In this document: positions 38,308 to 51,294 of the stretch, in pieces
Numbering within the stretch: position 1 is the stretch's first letter
Layout: each line of letters starts with the position of its first letter
NCBI GenBank assembly: GCA_002269645.1
Contig: NIVC01003410.1
Span: forward strand, 35,333-99,332
Length of the DNA: 64,000 nucleotides
Origin: Macrostomum lignano
Taxonomy: Eukaryota
Direction of reading: 5' to 3'
Made by a program: the position numbers and the translations under genes
Notes under the pieces: model-generated
The model's input: the letters and a program-made list of their open reading frames with translations, nothing else
Told to the model about the DNA's origin: nothing
Database searches by the model: none

Positions 38308-41022
38308 ATAAATAAATAAATAAATAACCTGCTGCCTCTGCTTCAGCGCCACACCTATAGATTTGTCTGCGCCGTGGAGCTGGGCGACTCGGAGGCCGTG
38401 CAGACGCTAACTGCTTTCGAGTATCAGCCGTTGGACTACAAGTGCTGCGTTGCTAATTGTAGAAATTTGGTCAGTTATTTTTAAATCAGATCTAAGGGGA
38501 AAATACGAGTTTTTAGACAGTACACAGAATCGATAAGATCTGTGCCTGAATCTCTTTCAGGCCGATGGCCAGCCGCCTCTGCACAAAGCGGTGCTGAACA
38601 GGGACGGCGCAATCGTGCGGCACCTGTGCGAAGTGCTGCTGCACGGCATGGGCATTCGACTGGACTCCATTCGCGACAATGTGAGCTGAATTGTGCTGCT
38701 CAATTAAGTACTTAACATACTCGTATTTTGTATGTACCTCATTACTTTGTCATAATCCGACTAGAGACTGTAGAAAGTGTGAATGGACCCTCATGAGTGT
38801 GAATGTGCCCTCACTGGTGTGAATGGGCCCTCGTTGGTGTGAATGGGCCCTCATAGGTGGAAATGAGCCCTCATGGGTGTGAATAGGCCCTCACTAGTGT
38901 AAATGGGCCCTCACTGGTGTGAATTGGCCCTGACTGGTGTGAATGGGCCCTCATGGGTGTGAATTGGCCCTTATGGGTGTGAATGGGCCCTAACTGGTGT
39001 GAATGGGCCCTCACTGGTGTGAATTGGCCCTGACTGGTGTGAATTGGCCCTCATGGGTGTGAATGGGCCCTCACTGGTGTGAATTGGCCCTTATGGGTGT
39101 GAATGGGCCCTCACTGGTGTGAATGGGCCCTCACTCGTGTGAATAGGCCCTCACTGGTGTGAATGGGCCCTCACTGGTTTGAATTGGCCCTGACTGGTGT
39201 GAATGGGCCCTCATGGGTGTGAATTGGCCCTTATGGGTGTGAATGGGCCCTAACTGGTGTGAATGGGCCCTCACTGGTGTGAATTGGCCCTGACTGGTGT
39301 GAATTGGCCCTCATGGGTGTGAATGGGCCCTCACTGGTGTGAATTGGCCCTTATGGGTGTGAATGGGCCCTCACTGGTGTGAATGGGCCCTCACTCGTGT
39401 GAATAGGCCCTCACTGGTGTGAATGGGCCCTCACTGGTTTGAATGGGCCCTCACTGGTGTGAATGGACCCTCATGGATGGAAATAGACCCTCACTGGTGT
39501 GAATGGACCCTTATGGATGGAAATAGACCCTCACTGGTGTGAATGGACCCTCATGGATGGAAATAGACCCTCACTGGTGTGAATGAGCCCTCACTGGTGT
39601 GAATGGGCCCTCACTGGTGTGAATGGGCCCTCACTGGTGTGAATGGGCCCTCACTGGTGTGAATTGGCCCTCACTGGTGTGAATTGGCCCTTATGGGTGT
39701 GAATGGGCCCTCATGGGTGTGAATGGGCCCTCACTGGTGTGAATTGGCCCTTATGGGTGTGAATGGGCCCTCACTGGTGTGAATGGGCCCTCACTGGTGT
39801 GAATAGGCCCTCACTGGTGTGAATGGGCCCTCACTGGTGTGAATGGGCCCTCACTGGTGTGAATGGACCCTCATGGATGGAAATAGACCCTCACTGGTGT
39901 GAATGGACCCTCATGAATGGAAATAGACCCTCACTGGTGTGAATGGACCCTCATGGATGGAAATAGACCCTCACTGGTGTGAATGGACCCTCATGGATGG
40001 AATTAGACCCTCACTGGTGTGAATGGACCCTCATGGATGGAAATAGACCCTCGCTGGTGTGAATGGACCCTCATGGATGGAAATAGACCCTCACTGGTGT
40101 TAATGAGCCCTCACTGGTGTGAATGGGCCCTCACTGATGTGCATTGGCCCTTATGGGTGTGAATGGGCCCTAATGGGTGTGAATGGGCCCTAATGGGTGT
40201 GAATGGGCCCTAATGGGTGTGAATGGGCCCTAATGGGTGTGAATGGGCCCTAATGGGTGTGAATGGGCCCTAATGGGTGTGAATGGGCCCTAATGGGTGT
40301 GAATGGGCCCTAATGGGTGTGAATGGGCCCTAATGGGTGTGAATGGGCCCTAATGGGTGTGAATGGGCCCTAGTGGGTGTGAATGGGTCAATAAACGCGC
40401 CCCAGCAGAACCAAGCAGCACATGTACATCATCTTTGATCCTGCTCTGCCCGCAGCTCGGTCGCACAGCCCTCTGCTACGCGTTCGCTTGCACCGCCACT
40501 GAGCTGCTAACAACACCAGACGCTGAGCAGCCTCAGTGCACCGCGGACAGCATCTCGAACCTGCTGCTGGACCACGGCTGCTCAGAGTTCGCCACCGACT
40601 GGTCCGACAGGACGGCGCAATCGTTTCGCGACGCGGCCCGATCCTCGCCCGACAGCATGTCGGCTCTGCTCCAGTTTCACCGAGCCGGCGACTATCGACA
40701 GTCCACTCTGGCTGAGCCGGGTGCCGTGTGGATCGCCGTGGTCGCGTCGAAGCGAGGCAACGAGGGTCCAAGAGGTCGCTTTGCCGCCTGCTGCTGCGGC
40801 AGAAATCTGCAGCGTCGACGACGCCAGGACTGTCGATCTGGCGGCGGCGACTGCGGAGCTGAAGGCGGCAATGCCGGGTTGTCCAGAGGCGGTGGCGCCG
40901 GCATCAACTTGTCCGCGGTGAACTTGCACCGGCACGTTGGGGACGACTCGTGTGACTGCGACTTCTGCGACAGCAGCTCGGGTGATCCCGATGCTTTTGA
41001 GTGCAGCTGCGGCATGCTGTGA
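34335..41022 (+). CDS. Ankyrin-repeat protein, about 560 aa, 12 in-phase exons, Cys-rich tail ending CGML* (true start may lie upstream)
   Basis: Exons 34335-34362, 34542-34654, 34743-34826, 35302-35400, 35518-35634, 36204-36440, 36550-36606, 37197-37283, 37368-37418, 38347-38469, 38561-38680, 40456-41022. All are GT-AG and in phase. Ankyrin motifs include TALLFAIRH..ELLDRGA, DGQPPLHKAV and LGRTALCYA..LLLDHG. Confidence 0.8.
34860..35250. repeat. About 42-bp intronic minisatellite (CCAGATGTACACAAGCCTCCCCAGCCAACC...)
   Basis: Tandem units. Confidence 0.85.
35680..36070. repeat. 21-bp intronic minisatellite (CACATCATCTCACCCATCTGT)
   Basis: Tandem units. Confidence 0.9.
36700..37175. repeat. 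About 21-bp intronic minisatellite (CTGACCCACTGACTCACAAC)
   Basis: Tandem units. Confidence 0.9.
37425..38325. repeat. (TAAC)n microsatellite, intronic
   Basis: Seen directly. Confidence 0.97.
38780..40390. repeat. 20-bp intronic minisatellite (GAATGGGCCCTCACTGGTGT)
   Basis: Tandem units with variant blocks. Confidence 0.95.
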
Positions 41023-41049
41023 CTGCTTGCCTGCCCTTCAAGATGGTCT

Positions 41050-42000
41050 GGATGGCAACCTACCAGATCCCCAGTTGCTGGGCCACCAGCCTCCCAGGTC
41101 CTCAGTTGCTATGCCGGTCTCCCAGATCCTCCGTTGCTGGGCCAGCCTCCCAGATCCCCAGTTGCTGGACCAGTCTCCCAGATCCTCAGTTGCTGGGCCA
41201 GCCTCCCAGATCCTCAGTTGCTAGGCCAGCCTCCCAGATCCCCAGTTGCTGGACCGGCCTCCCAGATCCTCAGTTGCTGGGCTGCCAGCCTTCCAGATCC
41301 TCAGTTGCTGGGCCACCAACCTCCCAGGTCCTCAGTTGCTATGCCGGTCTCCCAGATCCTCCGTTGCTGGGCCAGCCTCCCAGATCCTCAGTTGCTGGAC
41401 CAGCCTCCCAGATCCCCAGTTGCTAGGCCAGCCTCCCAGATCCCCAGTTGCTGGACCGGCCTCCCAGATCCTCAGTTGCTGGGCTGCCAGCCTTCCAGAT
41501 CCTCAGTTGCTGGGCCACCAACCTCCCAGGTCCTCAGTTGCTATGCCGGTCTCCCAGATCCTCCGTTGCTGGGCCAGCCTCCCAGATCCTCAGTTGCTGG
41601 ACCAGCCTCCCAGATCCCCAGTTGCTAGGCCAGCCTCCCAGATCCCCAGTTGCTGGACCAGCCTCCCATATCCTTAGTTGCTGGGCCAGCCTCCCAGATC
41701 CCCAGTTGCTAGGCCAGCCTCCCAGATCCCCAGTTGCTAGGCCAGCCTCCCAGATCCTCAGTTGCTGGGCCAGCCTCCCAGATCCCCAGTTGCTGGACCA
41801 GCCTCCCAGATCCTCAGTTGCTGGGCCAGCCTCCCAGATCCCCAGTTGCTAGGCCAGCCTCCCAGATCCCCAGTTGCTGGACCAGCCTCCCAGATCCCCA
41901 GTTTGCTAGGCCAGCCTAGATCCTCAGTTGCTGGATCAGCCTCCCAGATCCTTAGTTGCTATGCCGGTCTCCCAGATCCCCAGTTGCTGGACCAGACTCC
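41050..42000. repeat. 28-bp minisatellite family with higher-order blocks, just after the ankyrin stop codon
   Basis: Same unit as 1195-1680. Confidence 0.95.
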
Positions 42001-42704
42001 AGACCACCTCATTTTATTGGGCTCTTAGGCGTACATCAGTGCAGAATTTTTTATCGCTTTAAGCAAACATACGAGTAATACATACGTAATATCGGATTTC
42101 TTCTGAAAAATTTGCCCACTTCTACTATGAAGAGTTTTTTATTAACCCCGCGCCCACCGTGTGATAATGTAAAACTCTAAGGCGGTCTGAGTTTGTTGCA
42201 CAGTTTTATCTCTACATGTACTGCACATTGCACAATTATAGGAATTGCTTAGGCTTTTTCTTTATTCCTGGCTGTCGTCCTGTTTGCCTTGCTAGTCTTT
42301 GTGATATTTGTGAAGTTATACTTGTGTTTGGGAGAAATAAGCGCTTTTAGTAGTCATTCCGCTAACGGCCCCCTGAGCACGGGGCACGCAGCTCACACAG
42401 GGTGAACTCGTACAGCGGCCCAGACTTTCAAATCGTCAGTCAGGTTGGCCTTCAAGCTGAAGTTTTATGATCGAAATCTAACTTCAAAGCCACATCGTAA
42501 ATTTGGCGAGCTGCATCATCAGGTGTTTATTTACTTGTTTGCGCGTGTTTATTTTTTACATTTATAATTGTAGATGTTGTTGCTTTCAGACAAAAGAATA
42601 TATTTGTTTTAACATCCTCCTAACTTTTTCTTGCTTTTGTATCTGTCAGAATTTTAATTAATAAATTATTAAAAACTGGCTTTTTTGTTTACTTTGATAT
42701 CCCT

Positions 42705-43675
42705 ATCCTTGAGAATCCTCTGCCTTTCCGCTCCATCAATTCTTGAGAATCTGCCTATCCGCTTCATCAATTCGTGAAAATCTGCCTCTTCGCTTCATCA
42801 ATTCTTGAGAATCCTCTGCCTCTCCGCTCCATCAATTCTTGAGAATCTGCCTCTCCGCTTCATCAATTCGTGAGAATCTGCCTCTCCGCTCCATCAATTC
42901 TTGAGAATCCTCTGCCTCTCCGCTCCATCAATTCTTTAGAATCCTTTGCCTCTCAGCTCCATCAATTCTTGAGAATCTGCCTCTCAGCTTCATCAATTCT
43001 TGAGAATCTGCCTCTGCTTCATCAATTCTTGAGAATCTGCCTCTCCGCTCCATCAATTCTTGAGAATCTGCCTCTGCTTCATCAATACTTGAGAATCTGC
43101 CTCTCCGCTCCATCAATTCTTGAGAATCTGCCTCTCCGCTCCATCAATTCTTGAGAATCTGCCTCTCTGCTTCATCAATACTTGAGAATCTGCCTCTCCG
43201 CTCCATCAATTCTTGAGAATCTGCCTCTGCTTCATCAATACTTGAGAATCTGCCTCTCTGCTCCATCAATTTTTGAGAATCTGCCTCTCCGCTCCATCAA
43301 TTCTTGAGAATCTGCCTCTCTGCTTCATCAATACTTGAGAATCTGCCTCTCCGCTCCATCAATTCTTGAGAATCTGCCTCTGCTTCATCAATACTTGAGA
43401 ATCTGCCTCTCCGCTCCATCAATTCTTGAGAATCTGCCTCTGCTTCATCAATACTTGAGAATCTGCCTCTCCGCTCCATCAATTCTTGAGAATCTGCCTC
43501 TCCGCTCCATCAATTCTTGAGAATCTGCCTCTCTGCTTCATCAATACTTGAGAATCTGCCTCTCCGCTCCATCAATTCTTGAGAATCTGCCTCTGCTTCA
43601 TCAATACTTGAGAATCTGCCTCTCTGCTCCATCAATTCTTGAGAATCTGCCTCTCTGCTCCATCAATCCTTGACG
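42705..43675. repeat. About 31-bp minisatellite (CTTGAGAATCTGCCTCTCCGCTCCATCAATT)
   Basis: Tandem units. Confidence 0.95.
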
Positions 43676-44159
43676 ATCTCCCATTTTACTTTTACCGGTA
43701 GTCACTTTAAGTCTAAAGTCTAAAAATAAACAATAAACCTCGGGGCAATTTTATCAGATATAATATTACATCAATAGGTATATACGGAGCTCAGAAGTGT
43801 TTTAAAAAATCTGTTCTATTGGTCTGTCTGTGTGTGTATATTTCGCATATTTTCACCGAAATCTCGGCATTGACAAAATTCTCAAAAATATAAATTTTAA
43901 AATGCTAGATTACATTTTTGTACTGATTAAAAATCGAATACTATTTTTTTATTACAAACAAACGTATCGCATAGTTAACAGGGGGAAATAATATACATAT
44001 TTAATTTATGCGACATAGCAAACAACATCAACAATGCAGAAACTATTGTGAGAGTGAAAGTGCTCAAGACAAGACAACATGTAAACAGTTTAAAGAGATC
44101 TAATGACACTGGATTTTAAGTTCACTATCGGATCCCGATTTACCCAGCTTTGAGGTTCA

Positions 44160-45065
44160 CAAAAAGCCAATTCGACAGCAACAGAACTGATGACAGCCAA
44201 TTCGACAGCAACAGAACTGATGACAGCCAATTCGACAGCAACAGAACTGATGACAGCCAATTTGACAGCAACAGAACTGATGACAGCCAATTTGACAGCA
44301 ACAGAACTGATGACAGCCAATTTGACAGCAACAGAACTGATGACAGCCAATTTGACAGCAACAGAACTGATGACAGCCAATTTGACAGCAACAGAACTGA
44401 TGACAGCCAATTTGACAGCAACAGAACTGATGACAGCAAATTTGACAGCAACAGAACTGATGACAGCCAATTTGACAGCAACAGAACTGATGACAGCAAA
44501 TTTGACAGCAACAGAACTGATGACAGCCAATTTGACAGCAACAGAACTGATGACAGCCAATTTGACAGCAACAGAACTGATGACAGCCAATTTGACAGCA
44601 ACAGCAGAACTGATGACAACCAATTTGACAGCAACAGCAGAACTGATGACAACCAATTCGACAGCAACAGCAGAACTGATGACAACCAATTTGACAGCAA
44701 CAGCAGAACTGATGACAACCAATTTGACAGCAACAGCAGAACTGATGACAGCAAATTTGACAGCAACAGCAGAACTGATGACAGCCAATTTGACAGCAAC
44801 AGCAGAACTGATGACAACCAATTTGACAGCAACAGCAGAACTGATGACAGCAAATTTGACAGCAACAGCAGAACTGATGACAACCAATTTGACAGCAACA
44901 GCAGAACTGATGACAACCAATTTGACAGCAACAGCAGAACTGATGACAACCAATTTGACAGCAACAGCAGAACTGATGACAGCAAATTTGACAGCAACAG
45001 CAGAACTGATGACAACCAATTTGACAGCAACAGCAGAACTGATGACAGCAAATTTGACAGCAATT
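44160..45065. repeat. 27/30-bp minisatellite (GACAGCAACAGAACTGATGACAGCCAATTT type) immediately downstream of AIP
   Basis: Tandem units; open in several frames only because the unit length is a multiple of 3. Confidence 0.9.
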
Positions 45066-45091
45066 AAGACAGTACCGTACAGAACAGACTG

Positions 45092-47880
45092 TCACTCCCC
45101 AGCAATGAGTTTTCCCCTAAGCTGCTCTTTCTCCAGGCGCTCCCTCTCGCGCACCTTATCAGTCAAGTCGCGTACAGCTGCATCGCAGGCCGCAGCCAGG
45201 CCCGGGTCCAGCTGGGCAGCCCTAGAGAAATCCTGCTTGGCCTCAGCCACATCCCATACGGCTGCGTGCGCTTTGGCCCGACGATAAACAGCCTTGACAT
45301 TGTCCGGCTCGCGGCTGAGGGCCTCGGTGCACAGCCGGATGGTCTGGTAGTTGTCGCCTAGCAGCAGCTGGCACTGCGCCAGGTTCAGCAGGAATGGCAC
45401 CTGAGGAGCGGTTGGACCAGTGCGAGCAGATAGTTGAAAGTAATCATTCTTGCTCATGGGGCGCTGTCTTGATGGGCCTGTCTTTAGGGGGTTTCTTGAC
45501 GGGGTGTCTTAAGGGGGTGTCTTGAGAGGGCTTTCTTGAGGGGGTGTCTTGAGGGGGTGTCTTGAGAGGGCTGTCTTGAGGGGGTGTCTTGAGGAGCCTG
45601 TCTTTTTGACCTTTTTGAAAGGGGGCCGTTTTGAAACGGGTGTCTTGAGGGGGTGTCTTGAGAGGGCTGTCTTGAGGGGGTGTCTTGAGGAGCCTGTCTT
45701 TTTGACCTTTTTGAAAGGGGGCCTTTTTGAAACGGGTGTCTTGAGGGGGTGTCTTGAGAGGGCTGTCTTGAGGGGGTGTCTTGAGGAGCCTGTCTTTTTT
45801 ACCTTTTTGAAAGGGGGCCTTTTTGAAACGGGTGTCTTGAGGGGTTTGTCCTGAGGGGCCTGTCTTGAGGGGATGTCTTGAGGGGATGTCTTGAGAGGCC
45901 TGTCTTGAAGGGGTGTCTTTAAAAGGCCTGTCTTGAAGGGGTGTCTTTAAAAGGCCTGTCTTGAAGGGGTGTCTTTAAAAGGCCTGTCTTGAAGGGGTGT
46001 CTTAAAAAAACTGGCCTGTCTTGAAGGGGGTGTCTTGAGGGGTGTCTTGAGGGGCCTGTCCTGAGGGGCCTATCCGGAGGGCCTGTCTTGAGGGGCCTGT
46101 CTTGAGGGTTTGTCTTGAGACCGAGGGGTCTTGTCTTGAGGGGGTGTCTTGAGGAACCTGTCTTAAGGAACCTGTCTTGAGGAGCCTGTCTTAAGGGGGC
46201 CTTTTTGAAACGGGTGTCTTGAGGGGTTTGTCCTGAGGGGTCTGTCCTAAGGGGCCTGTCTTGAGGGGATGTCTTGAGAGGCCTGTCTTGAAGGGGTGTC
46301 TTTAAAAGGCCTGTCTTGAAGGGGGTGTCTTGAGGGGGTGTCTTGAGGGGCCTGTCCTGAGGGGCCTATCCGGAGGGCCTGTCTTGAGGGGCCTGTCTTG
46401 AGGGTTTGTCTTGAGACCGAGGGGTCTTGTCTTGAGGGGGTGTCTTGAGGAACCTGTCTTAAGGAACCTGTCTTGAGGAGCCTGTCTTAAGGGGGCCTTT
46501 TTGAAACGGGTGTCTTGAGGGGTTTGTCCTGAGGGGTCTGTCCTAAGGGGCCTGTCTTGAGGGGATGTCTTGAGAGGCCTGTCTTGAAGGGGTGTCTTTA
46601 AAAGGCCTGTCTTGAAGGGGGTGTCTTGAGGGGGTGTCTTGAGGGGCCTGTCCTGAGGGGCCTGTCCTGTCTTTTTAAATTGAATAAAATGCAGCAACAC
46701 CAACCCACACCCACCTTGGCCTTATCCAACTCCAGCCACTTTGTATCCTGCGGCCGCTCCATCGCGGCCAGATCCTCCAGCATCGCCAGAGCCTCGGTGT
46801 ACCTGGCAGCCGCATCGGCAGTTTTGCCAGCTTTATAAAGATCGTTGCCTTCCTGCCGCAGCTGGGGCAGCGCGGCGCGCTTCTCCTCCGGTCGCATAAT
46901 CCAAGTCTCCTTGCGGAACTCGTGCGGCAGTTTGGCCTCGCGCAGGTGAAACTCGAATAGTAAGCGCTGCGGCTTTGCCAAGAGGTCGTCAAGGTCTGCG
47001 TAACTGCGTATAGGTTTAGGGAGAATTTGAGTGATGATGATGGGTCACACAGTGGGATAGTGTTTGTGGCCACGAGATTAGGGCGACGGGATACTTGAGG
47101 GGCCTGTAGGAATTAACGACAGTGGGATTATGGATAATTAAGGATGTGGAAACATTTGAGATTTGAGATAATTAAGGGATTTGGAATAATTAGGGATTAG
47201 GGATAGGATAATTAGGGTTGTGGGATAATTATGGATGTGGGATGATTAGGGATGTGAGATAATTGGGATACGGGATATTTAGGTATGTGACATAAATAGT
47301 GTGGGATAAATAGGGAATTGGGTGATTAGGGATGTGGGATAATTGGGATGCGGGATAATTAGGGATTAGAGATTAATGAGTAGGAATAAGAATGAAGCAT
47401 AAAACCATATGGAAATAAAGTATTAAAAATTCCAAACAAACAAAAGTGCAACTTAATAACTAACCCTAATCCGCCACCATCTCGAACTCCGGCCATTCCA
47501 CAGCAGTGAGCAGACTTCCTATCCAGCAGGTAATCCCGCAGCTTCCTGTATTGCACAGGGAACAGGCCCAGCTGCTCGGGCTCCACGGCGAACTCCGACA
47601 CCTCGCCAGGTCGCATGGTTTCCAAGCAGGTCTCCCAGAAGCCGATCTGGAAGCCGCGGCCGCTGTACAGGGAGACTGGACGCTTCGGATGAAGCCGGGA
47701 ATCGTCAAGCACAGCGCCTGTGGCGGCAACTCGAACCACGAAATCGAATGCGAAATGACTCTCTGTTGGATAGGACGGCGGAGATGAGGCACTGCCGGAG
47801 TCTGGGGCGGCACTCACAACTCTCTTGCTGATTCCATCGGCTATGGTGACAGTGTCAGGGGCTTCATTGGTAGTGGCCAT
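45092..47880 (-). CDS. AIP: AH receptor-interacting protein (FKBP-like domain plus TPRs), 337 aa; exons 47880-47465, 47003-46715, 45400-45092
   Basis: FKBP-like N-terminus (VLDDSR, WETCLETMRPGE), HCCGM..GLGYADLDDLL, LRQEGNDLYKAG, PFLLNLAQCQLL and NVKAVYRRAKAHAAVW. Phases are consistent. Confidence 0.92.
45470..46670. repeat. G-rich degenerate repeat (GGGGTGTCTTGA-based) with about 0.3-kb internal duplication, AIP intron 2
   Basis: Seen directly. Confidence 0.9.
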
Positions 47881-48068
47881 GCTGTTGGGGTTTAGCTGGA
47901 ATAGTTACAGTACAGATGCTAGATAGTGAAAGCCAAAATGGCTAGGTTTATAGCAAAACTGGTTACTTTTTGTGAAAAACCTTTATATCAATGATATAGC
48001 AAAAATAATTCATATAATCCATATACCAATACATACGACAATAATATTAAATAATAATTGATTACACC

Positions 48069-48562
48069 CCATAGTCAGGAAGGTGTCTAGTGTATGCTGG
48101 AATGATGAATGAGAATTTTTTCTGTGCACACCACATTGCATCAAAGTGCAAAACCCCAAAATAATTACCTGTGGGCCACATACCAAAGTCAATAATTGAA
48201 ATAACAATAAATCGAAATATTGAAAAAGATACTTATCATACATTACTATAACAAAACAATTTTAATAATAGCAATTTTTATGAAGTTGCCATACCATATA
48301 AAATATGGCCATTTCAGTTTATTTTAAACTTTCTACTATCAATATAGTAAAATAATGTTTACAAATTTGAATGTGAGTTAAATAGCATTATATATATGTA
48401 GACATAGACACAATGTTGAAGGCATAGCTTTCAACATGCTAAATTTCTTAGATTCTAATATACGCCAAAAATTTTCTAGAGCCATAGCGCACGCCAAACT
48501 GTACACCAAGATTTTTTTGCATACCAGAATTCTCTAGTGTATGGATGCCTTCTAGGCTATGG
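48069..48562. mobile_element. MITE with CCATAG termini (copy 1)
   Basis: Left CCATAGTCAGGAAGG, right CCTTCTAGGCTATGG; flanks ATTACACC / ATTATACT (6/8). Confidence 0.6.
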
Positions 48563-48655
48563 ATTATACTTGCCCTAATGGCTGTTCAGTCTAACAAATA
48601 GGGGGTTGCCACAACCAACGTCAATTACCCTAGCTAATGCTGGTATCCACTTTAC

Positions 48656-49351
48656 CTATACTCAGGAAGGTAGCCTGCACGCGGGAATTTTCCCGCATGC
48701 ATAAGCCACGCTAAAATTTTGGTGTGCAAATTTGGCATGCAAATAGGGGTCTCAAGCCACGCCTAAATTTTCAGCGCACAAGTTTTTTACTTGGCGTGTA
48801 ACCTTGGCGTGCAATTACAAATTGACAGTATATCAACAAGTCAGATATAGATGTATACACTATATATATACAATATATAAAGTTAAACGTGAACAATTGA
48901 ATTTGAATATTGATTAAACCAACTAGTTGAGGCTACAGCATACAGCCTAGCCTACAGCCAGGCCTACACTCTACAGCCTACATTAAAATTAAAATATCCA
49001 ATAACTTTTAAACGCTCTTATTTTGTGACTCTTATAGACTTTTAGTTTATTTGTTTCTTGAAATGTGAAGAAAAAGTTTTTGATACTCACTACATTCTTT
49101 GTAGCAAATTTCCTTTTTTTATATAAACTTTGTTTAACGTAAGTAGAAAATTTATTTAAAAATAGTATCTAATACGGTTAATATTCAAATCACACATACA
49201 TGAGGCATACATGATTTTTGGTATTCAAGATTTTTGGCGTGCAACAGAAATGTCATGTTAAGGGTTTTAAAAAATTGGCGTACATTGGCATGCACCAAGG
49301 ATTTTTCTATAAATTGATTCCCGCGTGCACTTGCCACCTTCCTGACTATGG
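48656..49351. mobile_element. MITE with CCATAG-like termini (copy 2), 8-bp TSD
   Basis: Imperfect TIRs CTATACTCAGGAAGGTAGCCTGCACGCGGGAAT / ATTCCCGCGTGCACTTGCCACCTTCCTGACTATGG; perfect TSD CACTTTAC at 48648-48655 and 49352-49359. Confidence 0.8.
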
Positions 49352-50239
49352 CACTTTACAGCTGTGTGAACTGAAGCTGTGCAGAGTTAAATGTATTACT
49401 CAGACACAAATTTTTCCAATGGGATCAAGAATCAAACCCCTAACCTTCAAGCCATGAGTCTGATGCTCTAACCACCAGGCTATAACCACTAGGATATATA
49501 ACCATACACATACATGCGCAACCTCCAAAATTTGGTCGGCCGTGCGACTTAGTTTTAACAAAAATGCGACGTAGCTTTCGGCCAAAAATGCGACTTACAT
49601 GAAAAAAACCTGAAAGCAAAATTAACGCAACTTTGGGCAAACGGCAGGAGTAACTATGACCGTCTTTATTAAGGCAAAATGCTTCGTCAGCTACTTAATA
49701 CTACTTTGGTATTTATTTGGGTGGGCATTTTTGCAACTTACCTTGGTTGGCCGCCAAATCAGTCGTCCATATCGGCCAACTATTGTGCATGTATGGTTTT
49801 GACTCTTGTCATTCCTAATCGTATTTGTACCCCATGTGGCACTAGAACAGTACACTTGACACAGAGTGTTTTAGGCATGATTGTACAGTGTAAGGTTGCA
49901 AAAGTGGGGAGTGGCAGAGATACATATGTATATATAGCTGTATGAGTATGATGGCACAAGCTAAGGCTAAGTCAATGCATGCAGCGATAAAAGCAGTCTG
50001 TAAAGCCAAATAGTGAAAGTTAACCTTAACTTATAGCACCTTGGCAGCCTATGCTGTCTGCCTGCATCTGATACGAGCATATAACTAAACTACCAAGGCA
50101 ATTGGTTGTATTTACACTTACTTTCTGTACATGAATTGGTAAAGGTAAGGGCTTTTAAATGTTTTATTTATATAGTAATACTCATAAATCAATTTTATTT
50201 TATCACCAAAATCATATACTCGACTTAATCTTTCACAGA

Positions 50240-51294
50240 ATGATGTGCAGCCTTAGTTGTCTTTGCCTACTGATTCTAAGTGGCATCCTAGCTATCAATG
50301 GTATTCTAGCTGAGAGTGAGTGCTCAATTGTTATAAATGAGTTAAATACTGATGAGCCTAATATTGGATCTCAAGAATTTTCAGAGTTCATTGAGCTGAG
50401 AAAGTTTGTTCCACACTTGCAATGCTATTAGGATCAGTGCCAGTGAGACTCCGTGATTTTCTTCTGATTGGAGTTCAAGAATATAGCGGCGATTTTAGAC
50501 GACCTGTGGTTTCATTTTCTGCTGACTTCTATCGGTCCTCGGGCTTCAAAACGGACAGCAGTTTCTTTGTTATTGCATCAAAAGAGAAGCAGGAAGCAGC
50601 AGATATGTTTTTTACCGATACATCTATTGGGTATCAGGGAAAAACTAGACATGGGCTGCCAAGTTCCGCTCCTAGTGGATCATCGCAGTCATCCATAATT
50701 GATTTTTTCAAGTCTGCTAGTAAGACAATTCCAACAGAACCAAATGCATTAAAGAATGGGAATGGTAAAAGTGCTATGGCCATTATTCTTTTGTATCAAC
50801 AAGACTTTTCTAGATCAGAATCGGACAGTTCAAGTTCCACAACTGCCAGTAGCATTGGAAAACTGCGACTAGCTAAAATGCATGCAACACAAAGAAGACC
50901 TGTTTATGAAGATAAAATTATCATTGATAACTCATTAGCTGAAATTATTAGGAACAATGTGCATGACATGATCATCTATGCACGAAGTACACAAAATAAC
51001 AGGTGCACATTTTTTGAGTCCATTTATCGTAGGCTAAGAGACAAGCCTAACTACATCTTAAAGCCAGCAAGAGAATGGGATGAACTTGGTCATGAGGACT
51101 ATTCAATAAACCGGTGCCCTGAATCCGGCAGTGAGTTACGAAAGCCTTTGCTTTTTACAAGGTGGAAACTTGGACAGTTGACTCCAGGTAGAGAAAATGA
51201 CTGCTCAGGTGCTCATTGGATTTTAGAGGACAATATTGAAGCCATCATAAATACACCTTCAAGAGAAGCAGTGCTGCGACTTAGTGCGACTTAG
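50240..51294 (+). CDS. Intronless secreted protein with a lamin-tail-domain-like signature (one frameshift at 50401-50403)
   Basis: Signal-like MMCSLSCLCLLILSGILAINGILA, then IVINELNTDEP...EFIEL, and C-terminal KLGQLTPGRENDC. One extra A in AAA joins the two ORFs (ELRKVC). The reading runs into the tandem repeat and stops. The family assignment rests on motif recall only. Confidence 0.6.

Larger units (their letters stand above)
48045..49490 (-). mobile_element. CORE-type SINE copy split by two MITE insertions
   Basis: Removing 48069-48562 and 48656-49351 leaves sequence colinear with the SINE at 27360-27660 (ATAATTGATTACACC, GGCTGTTCAGTC, CAATTACCCYAGCTAATGCTGG, GTGAACTGAAGC, GCAGAGTTAA). 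Confidence 0.7.

Noticed and set aside
44090-45287. 300-aa ORFs (TDDSQFDSN, ELMTANLTAT, CCCQIGCHQF) as antifreeze, adhesive or metallothionein-like proteins
   Set aside because: A repeat with unit length divisible by 3 opens five frames at once. It lies just past the AIP stop and has no signal peptide or supporting splice structure.
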